Notes: generated by a model from the letters alone, not told the origin. A stretch of DNA of 64,000 nt from Candidatus Omnitrophota bacterium (GCA_023247445.1 JAHFGL010000003.1:14128-78127), one strand, 5' to 3'. Numbered from the stretch's first letter, positions 37,758-47,900 are shown. A program made the numbers and translations.

Positions 37758-38972
37758 TTGATTAAGATCATGAATCAATTTTTAAAAACGAAGAAAACGC
37801 AAATCATTGGTCCTGATAATAAACCGATTACGCTTCGAGGTGTCAATTTCGGCGGGTGGCTGATGATGGAGGCCTATATTCTTTATGCGCCCAATAATCC
37901 GGAACGAGGGTTCAAGGAAGATTTTGCCAAAAAGTTAGGGCCCGCCGCGCTTAAATCATTTGAGAAAAATTTTCGCGCCAATTTTGTTTGTGAAGATGAT
38001 TTTAAGAATATTGCCCAGCTTGGATTTAATTGTGTCCGCGTGCCGTTTAACCATCGCCTTGTTGAATCGACACCGTATCATTATTCTAAGGAAGGCCTAA
38101 AAGTTTTGGATGATGTGCTCGCGTGGGCCAAGAAATATAAAGTTTATGTTATCTTGGATCTTCACGGCGCAGCTGGGTGTCAAAATCACGATTGGCACTC
38201 TGATAGTTTTGGCAAAGCCGAGCTTTGGACGAACAAAGTTTATCAAAAACGAACCTTAGCCCTTTGGAAATTTATTGCTGACCGTTATAAAAATGAACCA
38301 TATTTGGCTGGATATGATTTACTCAACGAATCGATACTTACTGACACAAAGCTTTTGAATAGATTTTATAAGGAGATTATTGGCGGCATTCGCCACGTTG
38401 ATAAAAATCATATTTTATTTATCGAGGGAAACCGTTGGGCGCAAGATATTGAGTGCTTGGAAGAATTTGATGATGATAATTATGCCTTGAGTATTCATAA
38501 TTATGAGCCGATTGATTTTACATTTAACTTTGTGCCGCAGTTGTCGTATCCACTCAAATCGAAACAGGGGAGTTGGGATAAAAAGACAACGTATCAACAT
38601 TTATTAAAGCATAAAAAGTTATCAGATGCGCGCGGCGTGCCGATTTTCGTTGGAGAATTTGGCATTAATGCCCGTAATAGTTTTTATGGTGAAGATAAAT
38701 GGCTCGATGACACACTTCGTTGTTATAAAGAACTTGGTTTTCATTGGACTTATTGGACTTATAAAGCGATTAAGAATTTTGTTTTTCCCGATGGGGTTTA
38801 CAGTTATCTTAGCAATCCGCCGTGGGTCAATCGTGTTGGCCCCAAGATGGGTTGGGATACGTTCGCCAGCCACTGGCCTACACGACAAAAAGAGATGATT
38901 GAATCATGGCAGACCAAGAATTTTGAACCAAATACAGCCGTACTTAAAACATTACAAAAATATGCTCGATAA
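37758..38972 (+). CDS. glycoside hydrolase family 5
   Basis: GYDLLNES (NEP-like acid/base region), HNYEP, and FVGEFG nucleophile motif. Confidence 0.55.
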   Translation: MIKIMNQFLKTKKTQIIGPDNKPITLRGVNFGGWLMMEAYILYAPNNPERGFKEDFAKKLGPAALKSFEKNFRANFVCEDDFKNIAQLGFNCVRVPFNHRLVESTPYHYSKEGLKVLDDVLAWAKKYKVYVILDLHGAAGCQNHDWHSDSFGKAELWTNKVYQKRTLALWKFIADRYKNEPYLAGYDLLNESILTDTKLLNRFYKEIIGGIRHVDKNHILFIEGNRWAQDIECLEEFDDDNYALSIHNYEPIDFTFNFVPQLSYPLKSKQGSWDKKTTYQHLLKHKKLSDARGVPIFVGEFGINARNSFYGEDKWLDDTLRCYKELGFHWTYWTYKAIKNFVFPDGVYSYLSNPPWVNRVGPKMGWDTFASHWPTRQKEMIESWQTKNFEPNTAVLKTLQKYAR

Positions 38973-39762
38973 AATTACCAGCCTCACTAATCCAAAAGTT
39001 AAAGAACTCGTTAAACTGCGCGAAGCGGCTCAGCGAAAGAAGTCGGGGGTCATTGTCGTTGAAGGATATCGTGAAATTGAGCGTGCTATTGAAGCGAAGG
39101 TGAACTTTAAGGAATTTTATATCTGTAAATATTTTGTTAAAACGTTAGCGCAAAAAGAAACGCTTAAGAAAATCATGGCGCTTAATGTCCCGATTTATGA
39201 GACAAGCAGCGAAGTGTATGAAAAAATTTCATATGGTGACCGCAATGAAGGATTGATGGCGATTGCTCAGCCAAAGTATTCATCATTCTTCGATTTGCCA
39301 TCGAAAGACGATTTGTTTATTCTGGTTATTGAGCAGGTTGAGAAGCCTGGAAATTTGGGCGCGATCCTGCGTACTGCTGATGGCGTGGGCGTTGATGGCA
39401 TCATCGTCTGTGATGCCAAAACGGATATTTATAATCCAAATGTGATTCGTTCAAGTTTGGGAACAATTTTTTCAACTAAAGTGGTTGTTAGTTCTGTTGC
39501 CCCAACTTTTGATTTCTTAAAGTCGAAGGGAGTCAAGATTTGTGCGACGAGTCCTGATGCCGATTTTATTTATTCCAAGGCTGATTTAAAAGCGCCGGTT
39601 GCCATTGTCGTTGGCAGTGAACAGGAGGGCTTAAGTCGATTTTGGTTAAGTAAAGCGGATTTAAAGGTAAGAATTCCAATGCGTGGGAAAGCTGATTCGC
39701 TTAATGTCTCGACATCAACGGCAATTTTGCTTTATGAAGCGCTGAGACAATCGTCATCCTGA
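38962..39762 (+). CDS. TrmH/SpoU family RNA methyltransferase; its stop codon lies in the MITE TIR
   Basis: LGAILRTADGVGVDGII and VVGSEQEGLS SPOUT motifs; last codons caa tcg tca tcc tga are the MITE TIR cgtcatcctga. Confidence 0.7.
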   Translation: MLDKITSLTNPKVKELVKLREAAQRKKSGVIVVEGYREIERAIEAKVNFKEFYICKYFVKTLAQKETLKKIMALNVPIYETSSEVYEKISYGDRNEGLMAIAQPKYSSFFDLPSKDDLFILVIEQVEKPGNLGAILRTADGVGVDGIIVCDAKTDIYNPNVIRSSLGTIFSTKVVVSSVAPTFDFLKSKGVKICATSPDADFIYSKADLKAPVAIVVGSEQEGLSRFWLSKADLKVRIPMRGKADSLNVSTSTAILLYEALRQSSS

Positions 39763-39900
39763 AGGAGCAAAGCGTACTGACTTTTCCATAATTTATATTT
39801 AGATGAAGTCAGTACGTACCAACTTCCTCTAAAATATTAAAGGACAGTTGGTGCGACTGAAGGATCTCTTAAGAGATCCTTCGCTTACGCTCAGGATGAC
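39752..39900 (+). mobile_element. MITE-like element, copy 4 (full length, same orientation as copy 1)
   Basis: cgtcatcctgaaggagcaaagcgtactgacttttccataatttatatttagatgaagtcagtacgtacc...gaaggatctcttaagagatccttcgcttacgctcaggatgacg. Confidence 0.75.
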
Positions 39901-39929
39901 GAGAAATCATGCTATTTCTCGAAATTAAA

Positions 39930-40646
39930 ATGAAAACAAAAATTCGTCTACAAGTATTCTTGTCGCATAATGGTGTTTGTTCACGGCGAAAGGCCTTTGA
40001 TTTAATTCAAAGTGGCCAAGTCGCGGTTAATGGACGGATTGTTAAAGAACCATCAACGGCCATTGATGCTGATCGTGATGAAATTTACGTTGATGGCAGC
40101 GAAATAAAGTCTAAGGCCTTTGATTATATTTTATTAAATAAGCCTAAAGGCGTTACCACAACTAAGGCTGATCAGTTTGCCGAGAAGACAGTTCTGGAAT
40201 TATTGCCCAAAGAATTTCAGCATTTAGTCCCGGTTGGACGTTTGGATAAAGATACAGAAGGATTGCTCTTATTAACTAATGATGGTGATGTGGCGTATAA
40301 ACTAACGCATCCAAAATTTAATGTCGGCAAAACATATTTCGTTAGAGTACGATGGGAGTTAACAGAGGCTAAACGAAAAAAATTAGAGCAAGGTATTATC
40401 TTAGAAGGAACGAAAACATCGCCGGCAAAAGTTGAAGAGGTCAAATATACTAATGATCAGACGGAGTTTAACATCACGATTCATGAAGGCCGTAAGCGTC
40501 AGGTAAGACTTATGTGCGCCAAGGTTGGCCTGCCAGTTATTTATTTAAGACGTTTAACTCAAGGGCCGCTTGAGTTGGGAGATTTACAACTAGGGAAATA
40601 TCGAGCATTAACCAAGGATGAAATTGAAAGGCTTCGCAGTTTGTAA
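39930..40646 (+). CDS. pseudouridine synthase, RsuA/RluB family (S4 domain plus catalytic domain)
   Basis: S4 region RLQVFLSHNGVCSRRKAFDLIQSGQVAVNG; catalytic GRLDKDTEGLLLLTNDG. Confidence 0.8.
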   Translation: MKTKIRLQVFLSHNGVCSRRKAFDLIQSGQVAVNGRIVKEPSTAIDADRDEIYVDGSEIKSKAFDYILLNKPKGVTTTKADQFAEKTVLELLPKEFQHLVPVGRLDKDTEGLLLLTNDGDVAYKLTHPKFNVGKTYFVRVRWELTEAKRKKLEQGIILEGTKTSPAKVEEVKYTNDQTEFNITIHEGRKRQVRLMCAKVGLPVIYLRRLTQGPLELGDLQLGKYRALTKDEIERLRSL

Positions 40647-40655
40647 GATATAAAT

Positions 40656-42602
40656 ATGATTACGATAAATAATTTAACGATGGGATTTACCAACCGTACG
40701 CTCTTTAAGGATGTTACTTTTAGCATTTTTCCCAATGAAAAAATTGGTTTAACTGGACCCAACGGCGCGGGAAAGACAACACTCTTCTCTATTATATTAG
40801 GCGATATGCAGCCGATTTCGGGAAGTGTCGTTGTACAAAAGAATATCAGCATTGGATATTTACCGCAGGAGTCACGATTTGATTCGACGAAAACGGTGCT
40901 AGAAGAAATTACCGAGGGCGACGCGCGCATTCGAACGCTCATGGATGAGAAACGTAAACTCGAGGATGATAATAAAGCAGATTCGAATCGCTACGGCGAC
41001 GTTTTGCATGAGCTGGAACAACTGGGGATTTATGATATTGAACATAAGGCCGAAAAGATTTTGATGGGACTTGGATTTAAGACGACCGATTTTAATCGGC
41101 CGATTTCAAATTTAAGCGGCGGCTGGCAGATGCGCGCGCTTTTGGCGAAGCTTTTAACATATTCTTATGATTTACTTTTGCTCGATGAGCCTACAAACTA
41201 TTTGGATTTAAACGCGACGCTTTGGCTAAAAGGTTTTTTAGCCAACTATCCCGGCGCGTTTGTTCTTATCTCTCATGACCGCGTCTTTTTAAATGATGTC
41301 ACCAACTATACGATTATCTTAGAGCGCAATGGAATGACGAAGGTCAAAGGAAACTATGAAGAATATGAAATCCAAAAAGGTTTGACTGTTAAACATTTGG
41401 AACGTCAGCAAAAGGTTGTTGAGAAAAAGCGTGAACAACTGGAAAGGTTTGCTGAACGTTTTCATGCGCAGCCTAACAAAGCCTCAGCGGTGCGCAACAA
41501 ACGTAAACAATTGGAAAAGTTGGAAGAGATTGATCTGCCGCAACAGCAAAGAAGTATGGAGGCCTTTGAGTTTTCTAATATCCAACAAAGTGGATATGTG
41601 GTTGTCCATATGGAGAAGGTCAGTAAGAGTTATGTAGAGAAGAAAGTTTATCAGGATTTAGATTTTGAGATTATCCGTGGACAAAAGGTCTGTTTGGTTG
41701 GACCAAACGGCGCAGGAAAGTCTACTCTTCTTAAAATGCTCGCTGGTGCCATTGCCGCCGATAGCGGGACAATTAAATATGGCCACAAAGTTGATTTGGG
41801 ATATTTTTCACAATCACGAATGGATGTTTTAAGTCCGGAGAAAAATCCGCTGGAAGAAGTTTATTCGGCTGCCGAAGGCAAGGGCGTTCAAACGACACAA
41901 ATCCGTAGTCTCTTGGGACTTTTTAATTTTCATGGTGATGATGTATTTAAGCCGGTTAAGGTTCTTTCGGGAGGAGAAAAAAGCCGTTTGATCTTGGCCA
42001 AACTTTTGATTAATCCACCGAACTTTATGCTTTTAGACGAACCTACAACTCATCTTGATCTTGACGGCGTTCGCGCGCTAACGAGTGCTTTTCAATCTTT
42101 TGAAGGAACGATTTGTTTTATCAGTCACGATCTTTACTTTATTCGAGAGTTGGCGGACACAATTGTTGAAGTCGATAGTGGTCATATTAAAGTTTATTCA
42201 GGTGGACTGGAATATTATTTAGAGAAGCGAGAAGAAAAGGACGCCGAGCTTAAAGAACAAAAACGTCAGGAAAAGTTGGGGCAGCAAGAACAAAAGAAAC
42301 AAGAGCAGAAAAAACAAGAGAAAGACAATTCTCACCTGAGTCAATTACATAAACAGCATAACGAGGCGCTCAAACGCATCGGGCAGATTAAAAACGAAAT
42401 TAAAAGTTTGGAAGATGAGCAAAAAGAAATCGAGACGGAAAGTTATGTTAAGGCCCGCGCTTTGGCCAAGATGTATGAATCCAAAGACGGTGAGAAGATT
42501 AAGGAATATGGCAAGCGGCTCAAAGATATTCAAGCCCGCCAGCGCGAAATTGAGACGACGATAAAGAATTTAAGAGAAGAGCGCGACAGAATTAGTAAGT
42601 GA
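40656..42602 (+). CDS. ABC-F family ATPase (two ABC domains plus C-terminal coiled coil; Uup/YheS-like)
   Basis: two Walker A sites (GPNGAGKTT, GPNGAGKST), two signatures (LSGGWQMR, LSGGEKSR), K/E-rich coiled-coil tail. Confidence 0.85.
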   Translation: MITINNLTMGFTNRTLFKDVTFSIFPNEKIGLTGPNGAGKTTLFSIILGDMQPISGSVVVQKNISIGYLPQESRFDSTKTVLEEITEGDARIRTLMDEKRKLEDDNKADSNRYGDVLHELEQLGIYDIEHKAEKILMGLGFKTTDFNRPISNLSGGWQMRALLAKLLTYSYDLLLLDEPTNYLDLNATLWLKGFLANYPGAFVLISHDRVFLNDVTNYTIILERNGMTKVKGNYEEYEIQKGLTVKHLERQQKVVEKKREQLERFAERFHAQPNKASAVRNKRKQLEKLEEIDLPQQQRSMEAFEFSNIQQSGYVVVHMEKVSKSYVEKKVYQDLDFEIIRGQKVCLVGPNGAGKSTLLKMLAGAIAADSGTIKYGHKVDLGYFSQSRMDVLSPEKNPLEEVYSAAEGKGVQTTQIRSLLGLFNFHGDDVFKPVKVLSGGEKSRLILAKLLINPPNFMLLDEPTTHLDLDGVRALTSAFQSFEGTICFISHDLYFIRELADTIVEVDSGHIKVYSGGLEYYLEKREEKDAELKEQKRQEKLGQQEQKKQEQKKQEKDNSHLSQLHKQHNEALKRIGQIKNEIKSLEDEQKEIETESYVKARALAKMYESKDGEKIKEYGKRLKDIQARQREIETTIKNLREERDRISK

Positions 42603-42612
42603 CCACGAAGTG

Positions 42613-42678
42613 GTCATCCTGAGGAACGCAGTGACGAAGGATCTCTTAAGAGATCCTTCGCTGGCGCTCAGGATTACG
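42613..42678 (+). mobile_element. MITE-like element, copy 5 (short form: TIR + Y palindrome + TIR)
   Basis: gtcatcctgaggaacgcagtgacgaaggatctcttaagagatccttcgctggcgctcaggattacg. Confidence 0.65.
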
Positions 42679-42679
42679 G

Positions 42680-42955
42680 ATGGTTTACAAATTAAGGAAT
42701 ATGCGACTAAAAATAGATTTACACGACATTTATTCCAGCAGCCGTGAGCTTGAGCGATCCTTAACGGATATCATGCAAGAGGCGCAAGATAAAAAAGCAG
42801 ATTTAATTGAGATCATTCCTGGTAAAGGTTCTGGTCAGCTCAAAAAATATGTCCTGCGATTTCTAGAAAAAGGGTACAAGAATGTTTATCATCGCATCGA
42901 GAAGGATGATAAAAATTGGGGCCGCATCTTTGTTCACTTTCGGTGGTCAAAGTAA
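42680..42955 (+). CDS. Smr-domain protein
   Basis: LKIDLHD...AQDKKADLIEIIPGKGSGQLKKYVLRFL matches the Smr DLHG...IIHGKG.G pattern. Confidence 0.55.
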   Translation: MVYKLRNMRLKIDLHDIYSSSRELERSLTDIMQEAQDKKADLIEIIPGKGSGQLKKYVLRFLEKGYKNVYHRIEKDDKNWGRIFVHFRWSK

Positions 42956-43018
42956 AACAAATTCTTGAAATATGATCAGTAATTCTTATGGTATACTATC
43001 CGCGAAAGGATAAAAATT

Positions 43019-43240
43019 ATGATCAAACAAGCCAAATATTCAGTTATTCAATCCACCAAAGATATTTTAGGTGGTGTACCTGTCTTTAAAGGCACGCGGG
43101 TTCCAATTAAAACACTTATTGATTACTTGGAACAGGGCGAGACCATTGAGGATTTTTTAGAGGGTTTTCCAACAGTTTCCAGAAAACAGGTGATTCATTT
43201 ATTAGAGGAAGCTAAGGAGAAAGTTCTTGCCGGGATTTAA
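43019..43240 (+). CDS. DUF433-domain protein (antitoxin-like)
   Basis: GGVPVFKGTRVPIKTLIDYLEQGETIEDFLEGFPTVSRKQV. Confidence 0.6.
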   Translation: MIKQAKYSVIQSTKDILGGVPVFKGTRVPIKTLIDYLEQGETIEDFLEGFPTVSRKQVIHLLEEAKEKVLAGI

Positions 43241-43553
43241 GATACTTCTTGATGAATGTGTCGACCATCGGTTAGCTAAAACCATCTCCCACCATTCCGT
43301 TAAAACAGTTTTCGATATGGGTTGGTCTGGATTAAAAAATGGCGAATTGCTTACGAAGGCCCAAGAGCGATTTGATATTTTTCTTACAACGGATCGAAAT
43401 TTATCAACTCAGCAAAATCTTGTTCGCTATGATATTGCGATTTTAGTCCTTTGCGTACCTAGTAATACACTTGATGATCTCAAAGAAGTTTTGTCTAAAG
43501 GGCTTAAACAATTACATTTTCTGCAGAAAGGCAAAGCCACTTTCATCAAATGA
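43227..43553 (+). CDS. DUF5615 (PIN-like) protein, putative toxin partner of the DUF433 gene
   Basis: MPGFKILLDECVDHRLAKTI...; 14-nt overlap with the upstream gene. Confidence 0.5.
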   Translation: MPGFKILLDECVDHRLAKTISHHSVKTVFDMGWSGLKNGELLTKAQERFDIFLTTDRNLSTQQNLVRYDIAILVLCVPSNTLDDLKEVLSKGLKQLHFLQKGKATFIK

Positions 43554-43957
43554 AAAGATTAGTTAATTTGTTAATTGTAACGATTTTCTTCAGTGGCTGC
43601 TCGATTCTTGGCCACATGGATGAGCTGTTGACGTTAAAGGCTGTGGGCGATGAGCAGGCAGCAATGGATCGTGAAGTTGGACAGCAAAAGAAGAAGTTTG
43701 CGTTATTAGTTGAAGCCACGAAAAAAGATTCCTTCCTCAAAGATTATTCCACTAAAGACAAGATTAGACGACGATTCGGTGACCCAGTATTTACTCGGCC
43801 AGAAACTAAAGATGGTCAGGAGCTTGAGCTTTGGTTGTATCGTCACGGCACAAAGTTTTCTGAGGGAGATAAGGTTTATTTGTATTTTAACCCAACAGCA
43901 AATCTGATGAGTTGGGAATATGTCGAAGCTCCCAAAAAAGAAGCAGAGAGTAAATAG
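43550..43957 (+). CDS. lipoprotein, unknown function
   Basis: signal plus lipobox FFSGCS. Confidence 0.4.
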   Translation: MKRLVNLLIVTIFFSGCSILGHMDELLTLKAVGDEQAAMDREVGQQKKKFALLVEATKKDSFLKDYSTKDKIRRRFGDPVFTRPETKDGQELELWLYRHGTKFSEGDKVYLYFNPTANLMSWEYVEAPKKEAESK

Positions 43958-44666
43958 TTTCCTCCAAAGTGCTTACCAGAAATTATTTAAACATTTTGGT
44001 CCGCAACACTGGTGGCCTGGCGAAACCCCATTTGAAATAATTGTTGGCGCGATCCTTACCCAAAATACAAATTGGGGCAACGTTGAGAAAGCCATCCGCA
44101 ATTTAAAGCATGAAAAAGTTTTAACCCCGCAGGCGCTCCACCAAATTTCGCAATCCAAATTAGCTGCACTCATTAAACCCGCCGGATATTTCAACGTCAA
44201 AGCCAAACGCCTAAAGAATTTTATCGATTATTTATTTGCCGAATACGATGGAAGTTTAGCGAAGATGAAGAGGGAGAAACTTTCAACCTTACGCCTTAAA
44301 CTTTTAACCATTAACGGCATCGGTCCCGAAACAGCGGACTCGATTTTGTTGTACGCCTTTGCCAAACCGACATTCGTTGTCGATGCGTATACAAAACGTC
44401 TTTTATATCGGCACAATATTATTGAACACGATGCCACGTATCATGACGTTAAAGATTTATTTGAAACTTTTTTTAAGCACGATAGCAAATTTTTTAATGA
44501 ATACCATGCGTTGATTGTTCGTCTGGGAAAAGATTATTGTAAGACAAAAGCTCTCTGCCAGCTCTGTCCGCTGAATGATTTGGAATATTCCCTAATCCGC
44601 AAATGCCCCGACTGCCACCGCGCACTTACTCATAGTTCTCTTTCCCATTCTTGTGCTAAAAAATAG
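43920..44666 (+). CDS. endonuclease III-like HhH-GPD DNA glycosylase with a C-terminal [4Fe-4S] Cys cluster
   Basis: IIVGAILTQNTNWGNVEKA; HhH region LLTINGIGPETADSILLYAF; CKTKALCQLCPL...C. Confidence 0.6.
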   Translation: MSKLPKKKQRVNSFLQSAYQKLFKHFGPQHWWPGETPFEIIVGAILTQNTNWGNVEKAIRNLKHEKVLTPQALHQISQSKLAALIKPAGYFNVKAKRLKNFIDYLFAEYDGSLAKMKREKLSTLRLKLLTINGIGPETADSILLYAFAKPTFVVDAYTKRLLYRHNIIEHDATYHDVKDLFETFFKHDSKFFNEYHALIVRLGKDYCKTKALCQLCPLNDLEYSLIRKCPDCHRALTHSSLSHSCAKK

Positions 44667-44690
44667 TGTGAGTTAGTTATAACTATGTTG

Positions 44691-44888
44691 TCTGTGGTTT
44701 AGGCATATTATTACAGAGCGAGTTCCGCAGCTGATCGACTACAAAAATTTGGTTTAGCCATATGATCAGTCGCTCAAACATGCTCCCTTTGGTCGCAAAC
44801 TCGCTTTGTGATCATATGGCTAAACCATTGCGAAAAGTCGATCTCGCGAGGACTGTTTGAGCGAATAATAATATGCCTAAACCACAGG
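44691..44888. repeat. unique ~200 bp nested palindromic element (MITE-like or structured RNA)
   Basis: outer IR ctgtggtttaggcatattattac / gaataataatatgcctaaaccacag; inner IR tggtttagccatatgatca / tgatcatatggctaaacca; further dyads cgctcaaaca / tgtttgagcg and gatcgac / gtcgatc. Confidence 0.6.
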
Positions 44889-44997
44889 TCATTCTCCGTT
44901 TTTGCCCCTAAGTCACAACAGTAATTTTTTGGCATTTTCCCCAATCACATGGCATACTTTTGCCTATAAATCCTGTCTTTAGTAGTTAATTAATATT

Positions 44998-47900
44998 ATG
45001 TATATTTACAAGAAAAACCAAAACTCATGTGGTAGCCGCCGGCTTATTTCAACCGTCTTACTGATAGCCTTTGGATTGACCTCATTTTTGCCTCCCAATC
45101 TTAGCTGGGCGCAGGTTGTGCCCTTAACAGGACTCAATCTTCCTATTCCGGGAACGGTCATCAATTTAAGTCCCGCCTTTATTCCCGCGCATGTCACCGG
45201 CATTGCCATTCATCCCGACGATCCATTTAAATTCGATTTTATTATTGATACCGGTGATGATCATTTAGAAGGTGAGGCGTTTAAACAGGAATCGATGAAG
45301 CTGATTAAATATTTTATGGCCTCCCTAACGGTGCCGGAGAATCAGATGTGGGTTAATCTTTCGCCATATGAAAAGAATCGTATCATTGCGGATGGACTGG
45401 GGCAGACGGAGATGGGCCGCGACATGCTTGGCCAAGATTATATTTTGAAACAATTAACGGCATCTTTAATGTCACCTGAGAATGAATGGGGACAAAAGTT
45501 TTGGGATCGTGTTCATAAAGAAGTTAAAGAAAAATATGGCAACATTGATATTCCAACGGATACGTTTAACAAAATTTGGATTCTGCCGGATAAGGCGTCG
45601 GTTTATGTTCATGACAATCGCGCGTTTGTTGTTGAGAATCATTTAAAGGTGATGTTGGAGGAAGATTACGTGGCGCTTTCTAATAGTCATCCTGAAGGAG
45701 CGAATGCGACTGAAGGATCTCCGAAGAGATCCTTCGCATCAACTTTCCTTAATGGTTTTGAGAAGAAGTTGGTACGTACTGACTTCCTCCAAATTGAATT
45801 AAGGAAAAGTCAGTACGCTGCGCTCAGGATGACGGAGCCAATCAAAGAAATTTTAAAAGAAATTCTCCTTCCCGAAATCGAGAAGGAAGTTAACAACGGC
45901 AAGAATTTTGCCCAGCTGCGACAGATTTTTTATTCAATGATTTTAGCCACGTGGTATAAACAGAATTTGAAAAAGAGCTTGTTCACCAAAAATTACGCCA
46001 ATCAAAACAAGATTGAAGGAATCGACCTTCAAGATAAAAAAATCAGTGAGAAGATTTACAACCAATATTTAGAAGCCTTCCAAAAAGGTGTCTCCAATTT
46101 AATTAAAGAAGAGTATGATCCGCAAACTCAGGAAGTTATCCCGCGCAAATATTTCTCGGGAGGAGTTCAGGGAGTCGAAGACGCGGCGATCTTGACAAGT
46201 CTGCCTTCGAGTTGGATGGAAGCTCAAATAAATCGCGATCATGCGATGGTCACCGCCGGCATCGATCCTCTCGGCCCTCAAGCTTCCGATGAGGCGATGG
46301 TGACTTATGCCGAAGGAACAGATCAACAATACCTCAAGAGGCTGGATAAGATGTTTCGGGCAATTGCTGGTTCCGCCGATGTGGATGGTTCGGCTTATAA
46401 AGATTTTCAAAGAGGAGTTTCTCAATTAATAACAGATGGCGTGATCACGGGTTTAGTTGCAAGAAGGCAAGTTTGGGATTTTATGAAATCTGTGGCCCAA
46501 GGTGTTGCGTCAGGCGATCGGACAGAATTGCAACAACTGAGATTCCTCTTGAATTCTCCCGAGGAGATTACGTTATCTCATTTTATGAGAATAAGGATTC
46601 GAAAAGAAAAAACAAGTAAACGAATGATTAGAGTTGTTCAAAGAGTCCCTGGAATGCTTGCTCATTCCCAAGCGTTGTTGCAGGACATTGTGGGTAAAAT
46701 AAAACGTAATGAGCCGGTTAAAATATGTTTTGTCTGTAATATGAATGTTCACCGCAGTGCCGTCGCCCATGTCTTAGTAATGGATCAAGCTCAAAAATTA
46801 GGAAGGACCAATGTTGAGATTGTCTCTGGCGGGACATTTGATTCAAATGAACATTTAAATTCTAAATTAAGATCTGGATTCAAGAAAATTTTAGAGGCCA
46901 GGGGTGTTGACAGCGACATCATTAATCGATTTCGTACCAGAGATGTAACTAAAGAAGATTTAGAAGATTCTCAGTTAATTGTGATTGCAGAACCAATGAA
47001 CCTAGAGAGGTTGTCAGAGTTTGAAAATGAGGTTCCAGGGTTGTATGAGAAGATGATATTTTTTACATCGATTAATCCCGTCGTAGATGCCCAGCATCCG
47101 GATCATGTGATGCCAGATCCTTATGATTCAAGTAAGATATCAGCAGAAGGGTTGGTTGATTTAATAGAACAAGAAATAATTCCGCGGTTGTTTCCAACCG
47201 ACCCCGCCCTCCAGCCTTTGGCTGGAGAGGCCTCGGCATCCCGTAAGCGGGATGACCGGGCGATGTTGACTAAAACGGAACAAACTCCTCAAGCTCTGGT
47301 TGAAGATTTAAAACGCGCTGCTGCCGAGGATCCTGGCAATATTGTGGATGTTTTGTATGACCGTGGTTTTAGAAAACCGGATGAACCATTCAACGTGTAT
47401 CTTATGATAAAGAATCATAAAGGTCCGATCTTGGATATTAGAACTGGTGAGGAGTTGCAAAATTGGCCAGCCGAGCAGTTAGTCGGCCGTCAGTGGAGAA
47501 GGGCCGACGTTTATATTAGAAAAGATGACCCAAGAGGTTTGGGAGTTTTGGTGATCGATTCTGATAATATTTTGACCGCGCGCGAAAGTCATCAATTTAG
47601 AGAAAGAAATTGGCGGGATTTGGCTCAAAAAAGAGGACTGATTGTTTATACCGGAGTCAATGCCATCAATCGTGAGTTGATAACCGCGCATCGAATTTTA
47701 AAAGAAGACGGCACGATTGTTGAAAAGGAATATGGTGATTCACCGCCATTCGACTTAAAGGTCACAAAAGAGTCAATCCTGATACGTATTGGCGATGGTG
47801 TTTTTTTTATCGAGTTGGATGAGTCGATGCTGACATACTCTGAAGACCAATGGGATAAAGTCAATCAAACGTACGAGAGCCTTCGCAAATTAGCCCAGAG

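Noticed and set aside
42960-43018. sigma70-like promoter upstream of the DUF433 gene (ttgaaa ... tatact)
   Set aside because: Spacing between the hexamers is about 21 nt, which is too long. Only an extended -10-like TGgTATACT can be argued, which is too weak to list as a feature.
45006-45209. 67-aa minus-strand ORF antisense to the N-terminus of the giant gene, and similar antisense ORFs throughout (e.g. 2332-2535, 4026-4268, 14499-14858, 30134-30367, 55367-55738, 63422-63829)
   Set aside because: All lie fully inside well-supported genes on the opposite strand or in alternative frames. They have no start context and no recognisable motifs, so they are typical shadow ORFs.
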